Shown: positions 36,583 through 41,730 of the stretch, piece after piece
How the letters are laid out: every line of letters begins with the position of its first letter
How positions within the stretch are numbered: position 1 is the stretch's first letter
From: an uncultured Candidatus Marinamargulisbacteria bacterium
GTDB lineage: Bacteria; Margulisbacteria; Riflemargulisbacteria; GWF2-35-9
Assembly: GCA_903897765.1 (NCBI GenBank)
Contig: CAIUCY010000169.1
Coordinates: forward strand, 1 to 41,730
DNA length: 41,730 nt
Direction of reading: 5' to 3'
Notes under the pieces: model-generated
The model's database searches: none
What the model was told of the DNA's origin: nothing
Seen by the model: the letters and a program-made list of their open reading frames with translations, nothing else
Position numbers and translations under genes: made by a program

Positions 36583-37739
36583 TGCTTTATGATCGGCTTT
36601 ACTTTGAAGATCAGGAGCAACGATGCTTAGCCCCCTACGCGATAAATTCTAAGGGGTCTGGCGGACGTCGATACCCCGAAGATATGGATCCATTTCGGAC
36701 GGCGTTTCAGCGTGATCGTGACCGTATCGTTCATTCAAAGGCCTTTCGACGTCTAAAACACAAAACGCAGGTCTTTGTTATATTCGAAGGGGATCATTTT
36801 AGAACCCGTCTAACTCATACTCTTGAGGTGACGCAAATTGCTCGACATATGGGGCGAATGATGGGGCTTAATGAAGATCTGATCGAGACCATTGCTTTAG
36901 CGCATGATTTAGGTCATACCCCCTTTGGGCATGCTGGTGAGGACGTTTTAAATGAACTGCTATTAGATATCGGAGGCTTTGAGCACAATGAACAAAGCAA
37001 GCGTGTCGTTGAGTTGCTTGAGAATAAATATCCTAATTTCCCTGGATTAAATCTCAGTATCGAGGTATTGGAAGGTTTAATGAAGCACCATACACCCTTT
37101 GACCACGACGACAAGGTTACAGCAGATGAGATCATCTTCCCTACCCTAGAGGCGCAAGTCGTTAATCTGGCTGATCAATTGGCGTATGTTAGTCACGATC
37201 TAGACGATGGGATCGCTTCGGGAATATTAAATATGGACGAACTGGTAACCCATGTTGATTTGTGGCGTGAGGCCCAATTGTTCACCGATAGGGTCAATAC
37301 AAACCTTAACCCCGCGCAAACACGGTTTAGCAATGTGCGTTACCTTATTAATAAAATGGTTAATGAGGGGGTTGCGTTTTCCGAGATGACTCGAATACAA
37401 CAAGGTGTTGAAGTGCTTGACGATGTATATTCCTGTCGGGATCGAATTGTGGGGTTCTCTCCAGAACTTGAATTGAAAATTACGAAACTTCAACTCTTTT
37501 TAAATGAACGGTTCTATCAAAATTATCGAGTATTGAAAATGACGATTCACGGCAAACAGTTGATCAAAGATCTCTATTGTACATTTCTAAAAAATGTTGA
37601 ACTCCTCCCAATTCACGAGTATGAGAAGGTGTTGTCTGGCGAAGAACCCCGCCGGATAGTGGCAGACTATATCGCTTTAATGACAGATAATTATGTTGCA
37701 AATGAGCATCGTCGTCTTGTCGAGGCTAAGGCTTTTTAA
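36582..37739 (+). CDS. dgt: dGTPase-like HD-domain triphosphohydrolase
   Basis: FQRDRDRIVHSKAFRRLKHKTQVF, RTRLTHTLEV, ALAHDLGHTPFGH and VSHDLDD are the Dgt-family signatures. Confidence 0.85.
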   Translation: MLYDRLYFEDQEQRCLAPYAINSKGSGGRRYPEDMDPFRTAFQRDRDRIVHSKAFRRLKHKTQVFVIFEGDHFRTRLTHTLEVTQIARHMGRMMGLNEDLIETIALAHDLGHTPFGHAGEDVLNELLLDIGGFEHNEQSKRVVELLENKYPNFPGLNLSIEVLEGLMKHHTPFDHDDKVTADEIIFPTLEAQVVNLADQLAYVSHDLDDGIASGILNMDELVTHVDLWREAQLFTDRVNTNLNPAQTRFSNVRYLINKMVNEGVAFSEMTRIQQGVEVLDDVYSCRDRIVGFSPELELKITKLQLFLNERFYQNYRVLKMTIHGKQLIKDLYCTFLKNVELLPIHEYEKVLSGEEPRRIVADYIALMTDNYVANEHRRLVEAKAF

Positions 37740-38808
37740 TCGAAGCTTTATATTCTGCGGCCAAAGCCAAGGCACTTGCGAGAATATCATTGATATCTTT
37801 TTTAAGTTGATCATGGGTAGATAAGGCGGTGGGTTGCTGAGCCTGACTAACGAGACCTTTTTGTTGAAAGCCTTGATAGATGAGATCCTTCTCTCTTTTT
37901 TTAAGCCCGTCAATATTGTTAAGATCATTTCGTGAAAACGCGAGATGTTCTTCTAAAGACCGTTTGTATAGATCACCTGAACGTTCAAGAAAGTATGCAA
38001 AACAAAGGGTGCTTATTTTTATAGATAATACGCCTAGTTTTTTAAATTGGTCTTTCGATAAAGGGCCGCCATTATTACTTTGACTTAGATTTTCAAAAAA
38101 TCGTTGCCCTAGGGATTCTTTTTTTCTTAGTTTTAATAAAGTATCGAGTGGACAGTTAGCGATCATGGCCTCATCCGTGACGAGAAGTAATGGGATTAAT
38201 AATTGGTCAGATTCTTGCGAACTTTCGGATGCGAGACGTTTTAAAAAGGACATTTTTTTGGCAGCCCCTAAGGAATCAATGCTTCCGAAGCGAAAGGTGA
38301 ATTCGAGCGTAGCAATTTGAACATAGGGTAAAAGGGCATCAATGACGTTGTCCGACATGGTGTCAGTGGTTCGATAAAGTTTCACGAGAAACTCGGACTG
38401 TTTTCCTTTGTCCAATTTTTTAAAAGAATTGAAATTCCCGCTTAGAGTTTCTTGACAGAGCCAAATATATTCATTGGCACTAAATTGGTTTAAATATATT
38501 TGATCTTCAATTTGACCTTGGAGTTTATCGTCTTCTGTTTTGTCGGGGGATGATATCTTCGATCCTTTTTCAACTTCATGTGTCTTTTGCTTGATCATTG
38601 TTTTATCGCCGATGTCGAGTTTTATTTTTTGATCGATGTTGTTTTCATCGTCGTTTGTTCTTCCCGTACGAACAGACTCAAAATCGGTCTTTTTAGCATA
38701 GATCTTTGAGGCAAGATTTGCGATCGCGAGATTATCAGCAAAACCAACCTCAACAGAGATGGGCGAATAGACAGTATTATCAGACAATGAACGGGTAGTG
38801 GTTTCCAT
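37726..38808 (-). CDS. Hypothetical protein (360 aa)
   Basis: Long ORF with AAGGA 5 nt upstream of the ATG, 8 nt downstream of the preceding gene. No recognisable domain. Convergent 14-nt overlap with dgt. Confidence 0.6.
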   Translation of the reverse strand: METTTRSLSDNTVYSPISVEVGFADNLAIANLASKIYAKKTDFESVRTGRTNDDENNIDQKIKLDIGDKTMIKQKTHEVEKGSKISSPDKTEDDKLQGQIEDQIYLNQFSANEYIWLCQETLSGNFNSFKKLDKGKQSEFLVKLYRTTDTMSDNVIDALLPYVQIATLEFTFRFGSIDSLGAAKKMSFLKRLASESSQESDQLLIPLLLVTDEAMIANCPLDTLLKLRKKESLGQRFFENLSQSNNGGPLSKDQFKKLGVLSIKISTLCFAYFLERSGDLYKRSLEEHLAFSRNDLNNIDGLKKREKDLIYQGFQQKGLVSQAQQPTALSTHDQLKKDINDILASALALAAEYKASIKKP

Positions 38809-38816
38809 GATTTCCT

Positions 38817-39836
38817 TTACAACGAAGTTTGGTGTGTTCTTATTACGTTATCTTCAAGCTGAAGTTTTTGAAGATCAGTAAGGGAATTAATGATCGTTAG
38901 TTCTCCTGTTAATTTCTCAACGGCAATGACTCGGTTTATTTTCGAAAAAACAGGGTGAAGACCATTGTAAACATTGAGTCCGTCTTCACTGGCCTGTTTA
39001 AGAATGTTCTGTGTATTGCTAATGGTATTGAGTTGGTTGTTGCTTAGTGTGGGATAAAAGGTCTCTCTGACGCTCTGGACATCTTGCCAACCCAGCATTT
39101 TTAAGGTTTCTTCACCATTTACACATCCGGTGTCCTCATCATAAGAAACGATCTCAGGTACAAATTTTTGTGCAAAGCACTTTTGATCACGAAGAAATTT
39201 TAAAGATGACCGTAAATTAAGGCTAAATAATTTTTGCTGTTGAGCAATATTATCGGTATTTCCTGGGGGAGAAGAATCTTCGGTATCTTGAACATCATCT
39301 GTTTTGAGGGTTGAAATAACTTCAATCTCAAGTTCATCCGTTTTATCCGAGCCAAGAACTATTTTCTTTAAGGTTTTAGTGTTGAGTTGTGCCTGAATGG
39401 TTGAAGCCGCCTCGACGGTGATGATGCCGTCTTCAGAGGCAGTTAACTCTTCTAATAGAGCTGCTTTAACGTTTTGTGATTGTTTGTCGAGTTTTTTTAT
39501 TCCTCCATCGGGCTGAATGATGCTGCTAATGACCTCTCCTTCAACGTAAGGGATCGCTTTATTTTGATTGACCTGATTTGTGAGGGTGTTTTGTTGAACG
39601 GTTTTAAAATTAGTCTGGGTCTGGCTCAGTTCCTCTGTAAAGATCCGGTCACTTACAACAGCTTGGTCAAGATCACTCGGTTCGGTTTCTGGGGTTTGTG
39701 CGGCTGTTTTAAATTGAGCCGTAAATGTTTTTTGAGCGGAAGGTTTTTCTGTTGCTTGTTGAAGCGATAAGCCATTATCAACGGCGTCTTGGTTGAGCCC
39801 ACTTCCGATGCCTTGTATGTTATTGCTAATATCCAT
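38817..39836 (-). CDS. Hypothetical polar protein (339 aa), Ser/Thr/Asn/Gln-rich N-terminal half
   Basis: I prefer the ATG at 39836 (GGGGGA 5 nt upstream; MDISNNIQGIGSG...) over the TTG at 39866. No signal peptide, no recognisable domain. Confidence 0.6.
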   Translation of the reverse strand: MDISNNIQGIGSGLNQDAVDNGLSLQQATEKPSAQKTFTAQFKTAAQTPETEPSDLDQAVVSDRIFTEELSQTQTNFKTVQQNTLTNQVNQNKAIPYVEGEVISSIIQPDGGIKKLDKQSQNVKAALLEELTASEDGIITVEAASTIQAQLNTKTLKKIVLGSDKTDELEIEVISTLKTDDVQDTEDSSPPGNTDNIAQQQKLFSLNLRSSLKFLRDQKCFAQKFVPEIVSYDEDTGCVNGEETLKMLGWQDVQSVRETFYPTLSNNQLNTISNTQNILKQASEDGLNVYNGLHPVFSKINRVIAVEKLTGELTIINSLTDLQKLQLEDNVIRTHQTSL

Positions 39837-39878
39837 TTCTATCCCCCGTACTCTATATATCGACAAAAATCCTTAAAA

Positions 39879-39902
39879 GTATTCATGAAAATATTTGAAT
39901 AC
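39879..39902. promoter_or_regulatory. Perfect 7-bp inverted repeat in a divergent promoter region (candidate operator)
   Basis: GTATTCA-N10-TGAATAC, lying between the divergent starts at 39836 (-) and 39962 (+). Confidence 0.4.
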
Positions 39903-39961
39903 ATATAAAAATGAAATTATGTCGATACTAAGTGTGGAAGTCAAAATGGGGGGCGTTAATC

Positions 39962-40741
39962 ATGACCGATATAAATCTTAATGTATCAGCAAGTAATGGA
40001 GTTAGTAATATCTCGCAAGTCGGGGATCAAAACAGTGCCCAACTATCAAGTGTCTTACTTTCAAATACCGATGCGACAACAAGTAGCTATGATAGTTCGG
40101 TGACGAGTGATACGTCTGTCGCTACGGATGTAACGCAAAATACGTCGTCTACTCAATCTACTTCAACATCAACGCCGGTTACATATAGTGAGGCGAAGGC
40201 CAGTGTATTGGCTCAAATTGACTCGATCAAGGGCCTAGATCTTGAGGCAGATATCGCTCCGGATATTGCTGGCAAGGCAGCAACCGCAACTTCTGCTGCT
40301 GTTCCCGCCTCGAGATCAGCTTCAAATCAGGCTGCACAGACAGCACTTGAGGCCAGAAATGCTTCGCGAACAGCGTATAATCAGGAATTGACCGCTCTTA
40401 AATCAACCTTTACATCTGAGTTCGAAGGACTTGATTCGAGTAAGACAACAAGCGCATATAATAAGGCGCTTACGAAAATTAATGGGGATGCAACCACGAC
40501 CCCGCCTATTTTGTCACAAGCCCAACGACTAGACAACTTGGCCTCAAAATATAGTACGTCCTCTATTGCCGGGGACGTTTCGACATCTTGTAATAATGCG
40601 AAAACTACGTTGAGTAAAGATAATTCGGCCATATCAACCTATGAAAACAAGGCACTGGTTAAGGCCATGATCAAAAGTATATTGATCGGTGAGTTTAAGA
40701 AGGATTTAGAAAATTTGGGAAGCACGGATTATAAAGTATAA
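39962..40741 (+). CDS. Hypothetical Ser/Thr-rich protein (259 aa)
   Basis: I prefer the ATG at 39962 (GGGGGG 8 nt upstream; MTDINLNVSASNG...). Low-complexity S/T region followed by a helical-looking region. Confidence 0.55.
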   Translation: MTDINLNVSASNGVSNISQVGDQNSAQLSSVLLSNTDATTSSYDSSVTSDTSVATDVTQNTSSTQSTSTSTPVTYSEAKASVLAQIDSIKGLDLEADIAPDIAGKAATATSAAVPASRSASNQAAQTALEARNASRTAYNQELTALKSTFTSEFEGLDSSKTTSAYNKALTKINGDATTTPPILSQAQRLDNLASKYSTSSIAGDVSTSCNNAKTTLSKDNSAISTYENKALVKAMIKSILIGEFKKDLENLGSTDYKV

Positions 40742-40761
40742 ACAAAGGGGGCTGAGATAAA

Positions 40762-41730
40762 ATGGGTGATCAAATCAATGCGGTAAGTGGAATTAATGTT
40801 AGTGCAGGGGCAACCTCAACCAGTAATTCATCACATAGTGTTATGGAGGCAGCTGGAGACTCAGCCCTTTCGGCTAGTTATGGTTCTGACTCTAGTTCCA
40901 GTACTAGTTCGATTGATTCGGTATGGTCCAGTACGTTTGAAAAACAAAGTGAAGCTATTTCGGATAGTGATGATAAAACAAAAGCGATCAATGCAGCCGT
41001 CAATCAAAATTCCTTGACGCTTCAAGCTTATACAACGTTGACTTCTGATAATCCCGATCTGTCAAAGCTTAGTGATTCGCAATCCCCGACCGTAGGGGCT
41101 TCGACGATCAATAGTTCGGGCCAGCGAGAAACCAAGAATGTTGAGACCTTTATCAATGTGGATGCAGGGACAAGTTATGTGACCGCCCATGCTTCCGAAA
41201 TATTTGGGGCTGGCGTTGATGTGAATAGCCTTTCTGCCACGGAGAAGGCCCAAAAGATATCCGATTATGTGACCAAAAATGCCACGTATGTTGCCGACTC
41301 AACTCCAAATTGGTCAACCTTTAGTCAGTTCACAGGAAGCGGATTAAAAGGGGATTGTGAAGATATCGCCAACTTCACAGCTAGTTTGATGCGTGGGGCT
41401 GGACTAACATCTGATCAGGTTAAGGTGGGTGTTGATGCAGGGGCAGCAGGCTCGGTGGGTCACGTTGAGGTCATCCTCAATCTTGATGGGAAGAATGCTT
41501 CGGTATTGGACATTTCGGCCCAGACAGAGAGTCACACTACAGCGAATATAAATAATTTACAAAGCCTTTCTTCGAAGGAATCAACCAATCCCTTTGAGGT
41601 TGTCTATTCAGATAAAGGGGGTGTCAAAGCGGATGGCTCACATGTTTTTGACAATGGAGTAACCGATACAACCGCAGTGGCTACAACGTCAGCAACGACA
41701 ACAACCACCACCACAAAAGAGATCAAAGAC
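40762..41730 (+). CDS. Hypothetical protein with transglutaminase-like cysteine protease core, 3' end outside the window
   Basis: I translated codon by codon from the ATG at 40762 (AGGGGG upstream) and found no stop up to nt 41730. It is absent from the ORF track because it is open-ended. The core is KGDCEDIANFTASLMRGAGL (Cys codon 41356-41358), GHVEV (His 41461-41463) and VLDIS (Asp 41509-41511), followed by a poly-Thr linker. Confidence 0.7.
   Translation, partial: MGDQINAVSGINVSAGATSTSNSSHSVMEAAGDSALSASYGSDSSSSTSSIDSVWSSTFEKQSEAISDSDDKTKAINAAVNQNSLTLQAYTTLTSDNPDLSKLSDSQSPTVGASTINSSGQRETKNVETFINVDAGTSYVTAHASEIFGAGVDVNSLSATEKAQKISDYVTKNATYVADSTPNWSTFSQFTGSGLKGDCEDIANFTASLMRGAGLTSDQVKVGVDAGAAGSVGHVEVILNLDGKNASVLDISAQTESHTTANINNLQSLSSKESTNPFEVVYSDKGGVKADGSHVFDNGVTDTTAVATTSATTTTTTTKEIKD

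Noticed and set aside
36582-37739. dGTPase as an anti-phage dNTP-depletion defence gene
   Set aside because: The Dgt-family signatures are canonical, and the gene follows the che operon in an otherwise housekeeping context. Adjacency to the orphan cluster is convergent, not operonic. The sequence alone cannot exclude the idea.
40787-41017. 76-aa ORF from the track
   Set aside because: It is out of frame with the much longer open-ended ORF starting at 40762, which has an SD and a recognisable catalytic core.

Overview
Bacterial chromosomal segment, mostly housekeeping genes, with about 45 protein-coding genes. I saw no rRNA, tRNA, CRISPR array, transposase or integrase. The taxon cannot be assigned by eye. 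Synteny is Firmicutes-like (rpsF-ssb-rpsR-rplI and alaS-ruvX-mltG), but a GT9 heptosyltransferase and a cheW-cheA-cheB-cheY-cheX operon are also present. Core genes include a 5'-truncated SigB/F-type sigma factor with a convergent PP2C phosphatase, glyQ, uvrC, an EnvC-like M23 peptidase, an S41 protease, a YibQ-like protein, clpB, recN and a dGTPase-like gene. Three segments look accessory. (1) 25.3-29.5 kb is a small AT-rich island carrying hicB, parDE, an orphan 443-aa gene and abiEi/abiEii. It lies between a methyltransferase gene and recN and is split into cassettes by four copies of one att-like repeat. This is my best candidate for an undescribed arrangement or system. (2) 4.6-7.85 kb carries an orphan 522-aa protein, a HEXXH protein and a basic 142-aa protein. 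(3) 37.7-41.7 kb is a divergent cluster of four orphan proteins rich in Ser/Thr/Asn/Gln. The last one runs off the window, is absent from the ORF track and has a transglutaminase-like Cys-His-Asp core. Other sequence-level observations are two homologous structured intergenic elements with compensatory changes (10.8 kb and 21.0 kb), three exact G9 homopolymers, tandem ssb paralogs, a CIRCE-like operator on the clpB promoter, and a UvrC without the C-terminal HhH domain. All functional calls rest on motif recognition by eye, since no database search was possible.
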